A stretch of 64,000 nucleotides of DNA from NCBI GenBank assembly GCA_030704615.1, contig CM060733.1:71858001-71922000 (forward strand), given 5' to 3'. The notes under the pieces were generated by a model that had not been told where the DNA came from, did not search any database, and worked only from the letters and a program-made list of their open reading frames with translations. The translations under genes and the position numbers were made by a program. Positions 34,701 to 47,634 of this stretch are shown piece after piece. The first letter of the stretch is position 1, and every line of letters starts with the position of its first letter. This DNA comes from Takakia lepidozioides. Taxonomy: Eukaryota; Plantae; Bryophyta.

Positions 34701-37402
34701 CCTGGGAAAATGGCGCCGAAATTTCCAGTTCAGGGCCCCGAAAATGGCTAAGTCCCGGGGGTGGCTGGCACCGAAACTGGAAATTCGGCGCCATTTTTCT
34801 AGTTCCGGCCCCAGTCAGTTCTGGGACTTAGCCATTTTCGGCCCCAACCTGGAAAAATGGCGCCGAATTTCCAGTTCAGGGCCCCGAAAATGGCTAAGTC
34901 CCTGGGGTGGCTGGCATTGAAACTGGAAATTCGGCGCCATTTTTCCAGTTCCGGGCCCAGTTTCAGTTTCATTTTTCCAATTTCATTCCCTGAAATTTAC
35001 CTCGTTCCCATGACTTCATTTGTATGTGTTTCTTGAATGCAGGTACTACAAGTTCTCCCTTTTGGAGAAAGGTCATTTGTCCTTCGAGCCGCCATTCTTC
35101 CTCGCATGGATGAACTCTGTAGCTGACTCTATGTACACTGATGTTATCGTGAAGGAGTGGCATCTGGAACATTTGCGCGACTGCCCTTGGTATGTGGACC
35201 TTCCGCCCGGCTCGCTCGACTCATCCGAGTTTCAATTGAAGCTGGATGCGGAGGCCCGACGAAACCGGGCTCCGCTGCCTCCGTTGGGTCCAAAGGAGGC
35301 GAAAGCGCTTGCCAAGTCCAGGAAAACGGCAGAGCTTGCTCAGGCAGGTATTCAGGAGAAATTGAATGAGAAGAATAAAGGACAAAAGAAAAGGACACGG
35401 AAACAGGGGAGTACAGTAACCCCCAAAAAACAGAAAACCACCGGGGCACCAGAGGAGGCGCAGGAGGGGCCCCAAGGGAGTGACTCCGACAATGACTTTG
35501 TGCAAGGTCCTGCGATTGCTGCTGCTGCTACCAAGTCACCGGTCGTCCGGGTTCCCAAGTCAGTTCGGACTGGGACTGGTTCTGCCAAGAAGTTGGCATT
35601 TGAGGATGAGCCTACATGGCAGTATTCGGCGGTGACGTTTCCACAGAGGCCAAAGCTAGAACCCCCAACTATCATCCAATGTGTCAATGAGAGCTTCCTT
35701 GACGCTCTGGCTGCCAGGGCAAAGAAGGTGGCACACAGCAAGTCTCTGGAGGAGCTGAAGGGGAAAGCCAAGAAGAGGGCTGCCGGTACAGAGCCTAAAG
35801 ACACCCCTGGTTTGGAAGCCATGATGGAATTCTTCACGGCTGTGAGCACGGATTGCAAGAGCACTCGGGGGGGGGGGGTGTTGAGGTGGGGAGAGCCTGC
35901 GATATGATTCTCCTCGATATTCCAGACGGGGAGCTGCTGGAGGGCCTGGATGGTGTGCCCACCTGGAATAGGTTTACTTAGGACTATTGGAGAGCCGGGT
36001 TTGGGCTGGCGGGGATGCTCCTGGATGACGGTGGATGTATGGTGGTCCTTGCCACAAGAGGGAAGACCACAAAAAAATGTTGTGGCAAGATGGACACCGA
36101 AAAGTGTCACCCCGGTCCTCCTCAAAAAATGGTTCTGCATCAATACACAGGGGTTGCGAACAGAGGGCCAGAGTGTAAGTGATCAATCTATTGCATTCAC
36201 TTCATATCGTGGTGTATCTAAACTAGACCCTGGAGTTGATCCCTCTTTTGTTGGATGTGCAGACATTGGTGTTTGAGGCATATTGTTTTATGAAGAGAGG
36301 GTCTACGTTCAAATTCCGCAACGACGGTCGTCTTGTTGATGCCGCTGTGGACCCTGTTACCTGGGATGTCCTCTACAACTATGTGCCCCACTCCAGTATG
36401 TCGAAGGACACAAGGACAGGCAAACCGTGGCGGTACAGCCGGACCCGGAGCCCTGCTTTCATCCAAACCCTCATGGAGACGTGCTCGGATGTCCAAGGGC
36501 GGATTCTTGACCTCACATGCGGCACGGGTAAGCCTTCACGTGCACAGTTTGTCCCCTGGCCCGATTGCAATTGCATGCCGCATGCTACTAACCGCCCGCT
36601 TTGTCCCTCAGGTGCTTCAATGTGGGCAGGGACGTTGTCCGACAGGCATGTCTTCGCCTTCAAGCCAGATACTGCCCTCCACAACTCCAAACTTGCAGCG
36701 GCTGAACGTCTACCAAAAGAGGAAGAGGCATCCTTGGAGGATGAGGAAGAATCCGACAAGGAGCAGGGGGAGGTACAAGTTGGGATCGAGGCCGAGGAGC
36801 CCCCAGTTTACGAGTGAGTGGTCGCATTGTAAGTTGCCTCCTAATTTTGTGAGGCATCTCCCTTCGCTCTCATATTTCATTGGCCGACCCTTTCTGCTTC
36901 TGCTGGTATTGACATTCTTGAAGTGGATTTGTTCTTACTGCAGGATGCCAAGTACTGCAGGAGGGACGTCTATACCGCATTTCATGGGCAGGAGGAACAT
37001 GTTTTTTTTGCCACGGGGGATTTCATGCCGAGTCCAGAAAGGGATTACATACTTCCTACTTATGCTGCCCGGCTTGCTTCGGTGTCCATTAGGAGGTCTT
37101 CCGAACCTAGTCGTGTACAACAGATTTTAGACGAGGCAAGCCTCAAGAAAATGAAAATGAGGGAGGAGGCAGCAGCTATTAGAGCCCGTCAGGCTCGTAG
37201 ATTTGTCTTGGATTCTGCTGAGGAAAGTGTTGGAGAAGAGGCAGAAGATTCCCAGGAGGTGAGGTGGACAGTCCCCCAAGGAGAGGACTGAATTTTTTAG
37301 AGGCATAGTGGATCTGATGCATCACAGAGCTCGGAGGATGGGGGGGATGAGGGGGATGAGGAGGAAGGTGGGGCAAGTTCCTCGGAGGGTGTAGGAGAGT
37401 AG
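31719..37402 (+). pseudogene. Multi-exon gene: ParB/Srx-like domain ... beta-class N4C/N6A-type DNA methyltransferase-fold domain (disrupted in this copy)
   Basis: LQVVRP...FYVWDGNH(R/C)LLAW (ParB/Srx DGxHR-type motif). CDMILLDIPDG (35898-35930, motif IV position), MLLDDGGCMVVL, RSPAFIQTLMETCSDVQGRILDLTCGTG/ASMWAGTLSDRHVFAF (motif X-I-II region, joined after removing the GT-AG intron 36528-36611). Other GT-AG introns include 34342-35042 and 36814-36943. Lesions: G-run frameshift ~35870, TAG 35979-35981. Confidence 0.7.
34480..34960. repeat. Intronic ~147-bp tandem array with inverted GGCGCC-centred motifs
   Basis: GGGTGGCTGG at 34611, 34759 and 34905; same family as 6218-6970. Confidence 0.9.
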
Positions 37403-38269
37403 TGCCCATTCCGGCTATGACAGTTATGACACACTTGTATAGATGTGGCTTGCCACAAAATTTGCAATAAAATGTGCATTTCATTGCTATGACGAGTCCA
37501 CTGGTGCCACATTCCAACTTCACATGACCCTATTTCCGTGCCTCCTAACCCTATTTCCGTGGACACACAATGGTCCGCTCATGCTTTTTTTTTCCCGCTC
37601 ATGCTCATGCCGCTCATGAAATAGCAGCCCCCTTTCCATGGAGATACCAATGGTGGTACATTTTACATAGATGAGTGCACTTGCTATCATATAGAAATAG
37701 GTGTCCATCAAAGGCAGATCTCTGTCAACCGTGGCCTCAAATGGCATTGCTCAAGGTATGGCTTCAGCAATACTGACCTGCAAAAGTTCCACTTCCCATC
37801 CGATATCCCAACTGCAAACAGAACCATGTCATTTCTACATTTTTTTCTACATTCTATACAAATGTCATCCGGCCCATTGTTCTATGCCCCGAAGTATCAG
37901 ATGAGGTCCTCCCCAATGCCTTCACCATCACCATAACGCAGCTTGATCAGAGACACTTCAGGTCTTTTTAAGCTGGCCAGCAGCTCCTTGAGCTCCTCAT
38001 GATAAGCGTCCTCTGTTGTACAGTTTACAACATGTCTGTCTGTGACCAACAGAAGGTCACTTAATCAGGAGATCATTTAATCACACTAGGATGGCAGAAC
38101 CTGACCAAACCATTCTCACTACTAGCAGCCTACACCATTTCAAGAGTACAATTCAACCCTGCAAGTACAAAACAAAGTGAGGTAATGCCATACAGTTTTT
38201 GGTTTGCAATCAGAAAAATCCAGCATAAGAAGTTTTCCCAATCCATACCCCGTATTCAGAAGCATATAT

Positions 38270-38476
38270 TCAGAAGCTCTGGCTGGTTCCAATTGTCCTC
38301 AGCATCTCAACAACCTCACGCATTGAAAGCCTGTCAGAAGGCAGCTCTTCGGTGAAAAGGACAGCCACTTTCAGCACATGCAACATAGTCTTCTGCACAT
38401 TTGTGGCTACTTGGAGGAGCTTGGGGTCCAGAGAGTAGAGAGTAACCAGATCAGCTTCGTCAAAGCCTGGAATCAA
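38270..38476 (-). pseudogene. C-terminal fragment of an LRR receptor-like kinase domain
   Basis: MLHVLKVAVLFTEELPSDRLSMREVVEML resembles kinase subdomain XI (LKIALxCTxxxPxxRPSMxEVVxML); no upstream kinase exons visible. Confidence 0.6.
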
Positions 38477-39538
38477 AGCCTTAGTCTCCAGTAATTAATT
38501 GGCCAAGAAAGTGTTGTATGAGTTTAGTTCAGTGCTTTCAGAGTATTGGATACGGCTTTTCCAAAGCTCTGAAACAGAATTCATCAACCATAAAGCACAA
38601 TCCACCCTACAAAGGCATGGCCTACTATATTCAAATCAGATACCAGTGAATTAAAAGGAACCCGGAGGTAGCCTGAGGTCAGAACAGACCTGCAGCTTTG
38701 CAAGCTCCAGGCAGTAATCACTAGGTAGTATGTCGGGTCGTGTACTGAGTGCCTGGCTAAGCTACACCACCCGCACCAGAGGGACAACAACAAACACAGT
38801 TCTTAATGTAGGATGTAACATTACAGGAAACACAATTGATAACCACAACTACAAAAATAAACATATACCAGCCAGATATTCTCAAGATAAAAGAAACCTA
38901 CTTTAATATAAAAGGGCCCGAGACGATCAGACTGCGCTGCACCTGCAACCACTCAGCCCCCCATCCACCACACTTGAAAACCAGCTATTGATGAACAATG
39001 ACTAAAAAATGGCCCATCGCATGATGACAAACCTCTGCACTGGCTATTGGACCTAACAGTTCACTTGTTGATTGGCCTAATGTAGCATGATAAAGACTGA
39101 ACTGCACAACCAGATAAAGGAACTCATTCAGAAAACTTACCCCCAAGCCCAAACCTCAGTAAGTAAACCCAGTTCTTGGGCATTCAAGTTCCATGACTCT
39201 ACAGCAACACTTCTGTGTTTTTGGTGAAAATGTGAGAGTTTTCAAGACTCACTTGGGCAGCAACAACGTTCAAATTGGCTGCAAACTTCAAGGTTGGATA
39301 ACCACTCACTCCATATCTGAAAAATGCATTTACTGACAATTAAATCAGGTGCTACAAGTTGATTTAAAATTGAAAGAAGGGAAAGCCACCATCACACCAG
39401 GCTTTGGCACTAGAATGACAACTGCCCACAGTATGCCTCATTGGGCCCTTAACTACAGCAGCAGGAAGAGCTGACATCACTTCATACCCACATTTAACTA
39501 GTATATGTGCAAGCACAAGGTTGCTTTGCAAAGATCAC

Positions 39539-39601
39539 CTCGGTGACAGTCTCCTTCAGCTGGGCATTGGTGTTCTTCAAGTCAGCTGCGGCTTTATCCA
39601 C
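39539..39601 (-). pseudogene. Orphan exon resembling the SNARE motif of SYP7-type syntaxins
   Basis: 63-nt AG/GT-bounded segment translating VDKAAADLKNTNAQLKETVTE. Confidence 0.55.
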
Positions 39602-41887
39602 CTCATTCCCATATCACAATATCACTATCCAGTTAGTAAGTTAGTAATTGCATATTCTTCGCAAGCATACTCGAAGAAAGCACCATCAAGTCCGCAGTCC
39701 ACAGTTGCTGGCCCTATGAAGGGCATGTCCCTGGTTACAAAAGTCCATCCCTGTGATGAGTTCTTGGGCATTCAAGTTCCATGACTCTGCAGCATATTCT
39801 GTGTACACTATTAGTGAAAATGTGAGAGTTTTCAAGACTCACTTGGGCAGCAACAACGTTCAACCTTGCATCAGGTGTCCAGAACTGGAAAGTGGGAAGA
39901 CAAATCGCGCAACCTTTAATACTCCTCACGCCGGAGAGCTTAAATCATTGCTGTAGGGAAGTTGTGGGAAATTCCAAATAATTTGGAGGTCTGGTTGACG
40001 TTACCTGATTGTCATTCAGTCTCTCGGCATCGTAGACCCTAACAATGATTCACAAGTAGGTTAGTTAATCCCAACTTGCATAGTCTCCATTTAGGTGTTG
40101 ATTAGTGTGCAGGTCCACACTTGTGAGATCACTTTGACAGCCGAAACAAATCAACACGTATCAGCTAAGATCTTCTAAGATAAGCGACCTCGGGGCGACG
40201 CCCCTCTCTTCCTAGGATCAGACAAAAACATTAAACTGATAGAAAAAAACTCAATCTTAATGGACCTTCATTCATCTATGATTTGGGGAAGAAAAACGAC
40301 TGTAGATCTCCCAAGAGCTCGTTGCTGGAAACCATTCAGTCCCCCAAATGGATATAAAGGTCACAGGTCTCCTCTGTCTTTGAACTGTGTTGGGTGGACC
40401 TGCACGGCTAGCGCCAGATGCCCAGATTAACACCTTCATTGTGAATGGAAGCGGAGGCTGACACAGCTTCCATCACCGCGTCACACTGTGCACATGTGCA
40501 GGATCGTTCAACAGACCATGCAAATTGCCACTTGGCCGAACAAAGTCAGTCAGGTGCGCAGTTTCGATCCTTGTATCAAAATGAGCACGCTGCTGCTCTT
40601 TTTAGCCGTTTTCTTCAATTACACTTATTGCGACACAAACAATCAGCACACAACTTGTGATCGCACTTGGTAACAATGGCTGGTTACGGTGAGCACTACC
40701 CTACTTGGCTGACTGAAACGGGGGAGAAGAGGAGCGTCAGTGACAAGGGCACCTGCTGGAGGGGGAGGTTGCTCGCCATTCCACCTGACACCAAGCATAT
40801 CATTTCAGCCTGCAAACAACATCCAGCACAGACACCAGAAGTCCAATCGGACTAGGCTGTACACTAACATTAAGATTTCAAGCCTCAATAAGTAGCTATC
40901 TGATTCACAGCTTACCTTCTACCCGGCCGGCGCTGCCACTGCTGTTGCTGTCCTCCGAGCCAATGCCCCCGACCCCATGCTTGCGACCCTATGCCACCAC
41001 ACTACCTCCTTGCAGCTGCTCCCCACGCTACCCTACCACATGTTGGAATCAAAGCCTGCTACTGAATTGCATGGGGGGTGCACTCCAGCCAGTATGTACC
41101 AGCCACGTGCGTGCACAGGAGGGGGTATTTTAAACCCCCCCATGTACAACATTATACATACATAGGAGGGTTTAAAACACCTTAAATATAATATTACAGG
41201 AGGGGGTTGTTAAGTTTTAAGGGGTAGTCTAGTGGTAAGGACGTCACTAGGGCTTCGCGTTGCTCCGCACTACTAGCGACGAATTCTGAGAACTATGTTC
41301 AATTTTTCACAAAAAAGGGGTGGGTCATCCCCACGGTGTTACATGCAGAGATCCTGTGTTTTGTTTTTTTCTGGAAGAAAAATGGCGGATCTGCATTTCA
41401 ACATTCAATTTTCACAAGCCACATCAAATCAATAACAACATACCCAAATACCCTTACATTCACTGTATGAACTTTCAAGCATCCACCGTGGGATTGGATC
41501 TTGGTGGGTTAACGCTAGCTTTTGACAATATTCATGCAAGTTCATCAAGGACTCCATCCAAAGCCACACCAGGAGAAACAAACAAACATGTCCAAGTTTA
41601 AGATGCTGAACAAACTTGTGCACAGGGTTGCCCCTCTCATCAAGCTCATTAAAATTTGTATTCACTTCCATCTTCAAGCTTTGGAGAAGCTCCACCACCC
41701 AAACCCAGAATTAGGACAGCACCAGAATCAGTAAAAAATCACCCCTTCAGTCAAGTGCAATTGTGGGCTGACTTCCCACCTATGCCGGGTAGACCCTACT
41801 ATCAGGAAATGGTGGATGGTCTGAATAGCTACACAGATCAATGAATGAAGCAAGACACTAGCATCTTTCCAAGAAAACATCCTTTTA

Positions 41888-44800
41888 TCAGTAATCACCA
41901 CAAGAACAAATCCCATCTTCAAAGTGGTGGAAAGTAGTTAGCGTCCCATACAACAATTGCTCGGCCAACAATCTTTGAGATGAATTTGGTGGAGGTGTGG
42001 CAGTCTCCACACACTCGAAGATTCTTGATGAGTCGTGTTGATCAGCCCAAAACCAATGGCCAACTTCTCACTGTGGTGGCAAACAGAAAATTTCTTTCCT
42101 CCACATCATGCAGTAAAAAACGTGTGTCAGGCACATACCCCGCCTCCATCTTCTCCCCAGACAATCTTCTCAACTCAGCATGGATTTCCTTAATTCTGGG
42201 ATGCAACTTGTCATCTGGCTCCTTTCTATCCCCTCTGACCTTCATCATTCTTCTCACCTTTGCAGTATCATCCCACCTGCCAGCTGCAGCATAGATATTT
42301 GATATAGCACCACATAAGTCGCGGCATCCTGTTCATCCCACTTGAGGATAGATGTTACCACACATTCAGCCATCTCCACATTGCCATGGATTCTGCAGGC
42401 ACCAAGCACGGCCTTCAACACCACAACATCTGGATTGATTGGCATTTTATTAATCAGGTCCACTGCCTCGTCCAGTTGTCCCGCACGTCGAGAAGGTCCA
42501 CCATGCAACCAAAGTGCTTTACTGTTAGATTGAATTGATACCATGATCTTGAATCAGGAATTGAAGTAGCGTCTACCTTCATTCAGAAGGCCATTGTGGA
42601 TGCATGCAGAGAGAACACATACTGCTTCAAGCCGTTCTTTTGCATTCCTTCAAATAGTTGCAGGACCTCCCTATGACAACCATGTTGTGCATATCCTGCG
42701 ATCATTGCATTCCATGACATCACATCTCATTCAGCCATATTGTCGAACACTCTTTTTGCATCCTCCATGCACCCACATTTGGCATAGATGTCCACCAGGG
42801 CAAAGTTCAGGATCACATCTGGTACAATTCCAGCTCTGACGATGTTGCCATGCACCTCTTCGCCCTTTTCCAGGGCTGCCAGGCTTGCACACGCACTGCA
42901 AACGCACACAAACGTGATGTGGTCGGGCTTCACCCCGTCGTACATCATTTGCTCATAGGTCTCCAAAGCCTCTATCCCACGTCCCTGCTGTGCATACCCT
43001 GCAAGCACCGCACTCCACGACACCACACCTCGTTCAGCCATAGTGTCGAACACTCCCATTGCATCCTAGATGCACCCACATTTTGCAAACATGTCCACCA
43101 AGGTATTGTTTAGAATGACAGCTGGTACAATTCCAGCTCTGAAGATGTCGCCATGGACCTCTTCCCCTTTTCGAGAGCTGCCAGGGTAGTGTTTAGAATT
43201 TTGGTACAATTCCAGCTTTGACGATATCCCCATGCACCTCTTTGCCCTTCTCTAGGGCTGCCAGGCTTGCACGACGCCACATCTTGTTCAGTCATAGTGT
43301 TGAACACTCCCATTGCGTCCTAGATGCACCCACATTTTGCAAACATGTCCACCAGGGTATTGTTCAAAATGAAATCTGGTACAATTCCAGCTCTGAAGAT
43401 GTCACCATGGACCTCTTTGCCCCTTTCCAGAGCTGCTAGGCTTGCACACGCATTGCAAACGCACCCAAACGTGACGTGGTTGGGCTTCACCCCTTCTCCC
43501 ATCATTTGTTCATAAGTCTCCAAAGCCTCCATAGCACGTTTTTGTTGTGCATACCCTGCAAGCATCACGTCCAATGGCACCACATCTTGTTCAGCCATAG
43601 TGTTGAAAACTGCCTTCGCATCCTTAATGCACCCACATTTGGCATACATGTCCACCAGAGCAGTTTGCAGAATGACATCTGGTACAATTCCAGCTTTGAC
43701 GATGTCACCATGGACCTTTTTCCCCTTTTCCAGAGCTCCCCGGCTTGCACACGCATTGTAAACACAAACAAATGTGATGTGGTTGGGCTTCACCCTTTCG
43801 CGCAACATTTGCTCATAGGTCTCCAAAGCATTCCTACCACACCCGTGCTTGGTAAATCCTGCCAACATTATGTTCCACATGATCAAACATCATTGAGGCA
43901 TTCTGTTGAACACTTGGTGAGCATCCATCTCTATATTGTCATGGATTCTACAGGCACTAAACAAGGCCTTCCACACCACAACATCTGGATTGATTGGCAT
44001 TTTATTAATCAGGTCCACTGCCTCATCCAGTTGTCCCGCATGTCCAAGAAGGTCCATCATGCAGCCAAAGTGCTATATTGTCGGAGTGACACCATGATCT
44101 TCACTCAGGGAATCGAAGTAGCGTCTACCTTCATTCAGAAGGCCAGTGTGGCTGCATGTAGAGAGAACACATACTGCTTCAAGCCGTTCTTTTGCATTCC
44201 TTCAAATAGTTGCAGGACCTCCCTATGACAACCATGTTGTGCATATCTTGCGATAATTGCATTCCACGACACCACATCTCATTCAGCCATATTGTCGAAC
44301 ACTCTTTTTGCATCCTCCATGCACCCACATTTGGCATACATGTCCACCAGGGCAGTGTTCAGGATGACATCTGGTACAAATCCAGCTTTGACGATGTCAC
44401 CATGGACCTCTTCCCCCTTTTCCAGGGCTCCTAGGCTTGCACACGCATTGCAAACACAAACAAATGTGTTGCGGTTGGGCTTCACCCCTTCGCACATCAA
44501 TTGCTCATAGGTCTCCAAAGCCTCCATCCCGCATCCTTGCTGTGCATATCCTCCAATCATCGCACTCCACGACACCACATCTCATTAAGCCATACTGTCA
44601 AACACTCCCTTTGCATCCTCGATGCACTCACATTTGACATACATGTCTAGCAGGGCACTGTTCAGGATGACATCTAGTACAAATTCAGCTTTGACGATGT
44701 CACATGCATGGACCTCATTGCACCTTTCCAAAGCTGCCAGGCTTGCACATGCATTGCAAAAGCACACAAACGTTATGCGGTTGGGCTTCACCCCTTCGCA

Positions 44801-45830
44801 CATCAATTGCTCATAGGTCTCCAACGCCTCCATCCCGCGCCCCTTGTTGTGCATATTCTACAATCAGCGCCCTCCACGACACCACATCTCCTTCAGCCAT
44901 ACTGTCGAAAACTCCCTTTGCATCCTCGATGCACTCACATTTGACATACATGTCTAGCAGGGCAGTGTTCAAGATGACATTGGGTACAATTCCCAAATGT
45001 GACGATGTCACCATGGACCACTTTGCACCTTTCCAGAGCTGCCAGGCTTGCACACGCATTGCAAATGCAAACAAACGTTATGTGGTCGGGCTTCACCCCT
45101 TCCCCCATCACTTGCTCATAGGTCTCCGAAGCCTCCATCCCGCCCCTTGCTGTGCATATCCTGCAATCATCGCCCTCCACGACACCACATTTCTTTCAGC
45201 CATACTGTCGAAAACTCCTTTTGCATCCTCGATGCACTCACATTTGACATACATGTCCAGCAGGGCTGTGTTCAGGATGACATCTGGTACAAATCAGCTT
45301 TGACAATGTCACCATGGACCTCATTGCACCTTTCCAGGGCTGCTAGGCTTGCACACGCATTGCAAATGCAAACAAACGTCAACAAGCTTCTCCTCATCTA
45401 TGTTATCTGTTTTTGGATACTTTCCTGCTGCCACATCGGCAGTAACTTGTCAAAGTCACTCCTAACCACCACAGATACATTCCAGCTTTGATGATGTCAC
45501 CATGCACCCTTTGCAACAGTTTTCCTAAAGTCAGCAGGGACCCGCTTGTCCTTTTCCAGGGCTTCAAATTTGGCACATGCATTGAGAACACAAATGAACG
45601 TGACCCTGTTCGACCTTACCCCTTCATGTTGCATTTGCTCGTAGGTCTCAAAAACATCCCTGCTGCACCCATGCAAAGCACATCCTGCAATCACTGAACT
45701 CCAAGGGACAATATTTCATTTTGCCATATTGTTGAAACTTGACATGCATAGTTCATGCTCCCACATTCGGCATACATATCAGCAAGGGCAGACTCCAGTA
45801 AGCGCTAATCCAGTTTTAACAAGGTCAGCG
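41888..45830 (-). pseudogene. PLS-class PPR-E-DYW RNA-editing factor pseudogene(s), with internal duplication
   Basis: Repeated VVSWSAMIGGYAQQG..MEALETYEQ..EGVKPN.ITFVCVCNACASLAALEKG.EVHGDIV...NTALVDMYAKCG. E-domain-like block twice (~42300-42720 and ~43920-44280). DYW remnants [30 protein letters not shown]. Many frameshifts. Confidence 0.9.
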
Positions 45831-47027
45831 TGGATCTCTAAGCAGGCAGAGATTGAAACACAGTCTGGCAAGACCAAGCTGACTCTCGCAAGAACCTTGT
45901 AAACATCAGGAAGAATACCAAATCATGGTACTAATAGGAGGCAGAGATTGAAACACTGCCTGGCAATAACCTGCTGTGTGTGCTGCTTGTGTCTGTAGTC
46001 AGATAATGTCGGATCGATCTATGAATCTGGACCCACACTCGATCCCTGCTCCTTCAGCTATCCATGCATGTGCTTGCAAGGTGAACGATGGTGGAAAACG
46101 CAGAGCTCCTGCAGTTCGAGAAGATCAAGATCCGGGCATTGCGGGGAGTTCCTAAAACGTTGGCGCGGTGATTTCTAGTGGCCTATTTCGCGCGGGCATT
46201 CCGGGCAGGTTCCAAAGAAATTGACGACGACGATGACCTGGCTATGATGACATGGCAAAGATGACGTGGCACTATGGCACCCTATTCCTGCTCTACGCTA
46301 AACTAGCTTCCGACCTTCGGTCGTCGCTAGAATTTATGTCGTTATACACCGCGGGATCAAATCACGGGATCATTCTTTTTGTTTTTTTGTTTTTTTTCTT
46401 TCTCCCCGCGATCTTTCTCCCCTTCCCTCCCACGGGCTCTCTTCTTCCTCCCCTCCTCTCCCGCGTTCTTGGGAGAGTCAGCTTGGTCTTAGCAGGCCGT
46501 GTTTCAATCTCTGCCTGCTCAGCTGCACCGTGGTGGTTCTCACAGACCAATCCGACTTGCATTCGTCTGTCTAGAATTGCAGACCTATGTACAGGAGCAG
46601 GACAATGGATCGATATGTGTGGTCACATCCAAGTTAGGAGTCTTTGAGGTATAGAATTCAGACTAAGAATCTGATTTCCTTGCTTTCTGATCTGTGTCTC
46701 TGTGTTCTTGAACATGCTCAACTTGCTAGCTCCCAGCCAAACCATTAGCACAAATGCCAAGCCTCCATTTCCAGCCTTGCTTCAGATGCCGACCACAGTT
46801 GAGAGCGAAGGAGGAACTTCCCAGCCACTGGCAAGCACCCCCCAGGTATCTGACGGCATTACATGGAACCCCAATAGCAGCACCATGTTCAAAGCTGCTC
46901 TTCAACAGGTGCTCTCTCCTTCTCCGATAAACACCAGAGAAGGATTCCTCTTAGTTAAACACCTGACCTTTTCTTCCATGTGCTCTTCAATTTGTAGGTG
47001 AACAAGAAAAGCTGCAACGACGCAATG

Positions 47028-47190
47028 GCGTGAGCGTACGCTCACGCAGGAGTGAGCGTATGCTCACGCCAGCTGACGTGGCATGAGCCTGCACACACGC
47101 TAACGTGGCGTGAGCGTCATGTCAGCATGCTGATGTGGTGGTAAATGATGATGTGGCACTGTCCGTCATCTGCCACGTCAGCATTAACAT
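47028..47190. repeat. Palindrome-rich probable terminal region of the adjacent MULE
   Basis: Perfect 20-bp palindrome GCGTGAGCGTACGCTCACGC (47028-47047), degenerate repeats of it, and TGACGTGGC/GCCACGTCA motifs. Confidence 0.5.
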
Positions 47191-47634
47191 GCGCCGCCTA
47201 TAACCGTGGATGGTCCTATGACCGTGGAATTAATGCAGGGAATCTTGCCTAAATAGAATCAAGACGAGCGTTGAGGCCTACAATTGCAGCATCCAACATT
47301 GTGCAATTACAAATGCTTGTTTCACTTTTACAATTACGAGGACGACAAAATATCCTCACAAAGTGTGCGCCATAAAGGCTGCCACGGGAAGACCTTCCTC
47401 CCTCCTCAAATAACAATGAGAGTTAGGATCATCTTCAAAAGATGATTGTAGTGCATAGCGACAACAAGACATGTAGACTTCGAACGGTGCAATGACAAAT
47501 GTGCACTACCTAAAAGTTGTCACTCAGAGCTCACTCCGTATAGTTGGAGGCCATATCATTGCACAGCCGACGAATTGATGTGAATTACACATTTCAAATC
47601 ATGGTCATCCACATACCACATTACATAGTTCATG

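Noticed and set aside
31719-37402. Prophage or bacterial contamination (ParB plus MTase)
   Set aside because: The gene has multiple GT-AG introns, one splitting the SAM-binding motif, and is interleaved with plant-type transposons.
41240-41280. Possible Helitron 3' end (GCAACGCG...CTAGT on the minus strand) next to a hairpin at ~41120-41180
   Set aside because: The hairpin is weak and no matching 5' TC end or second copy can be established from this window.
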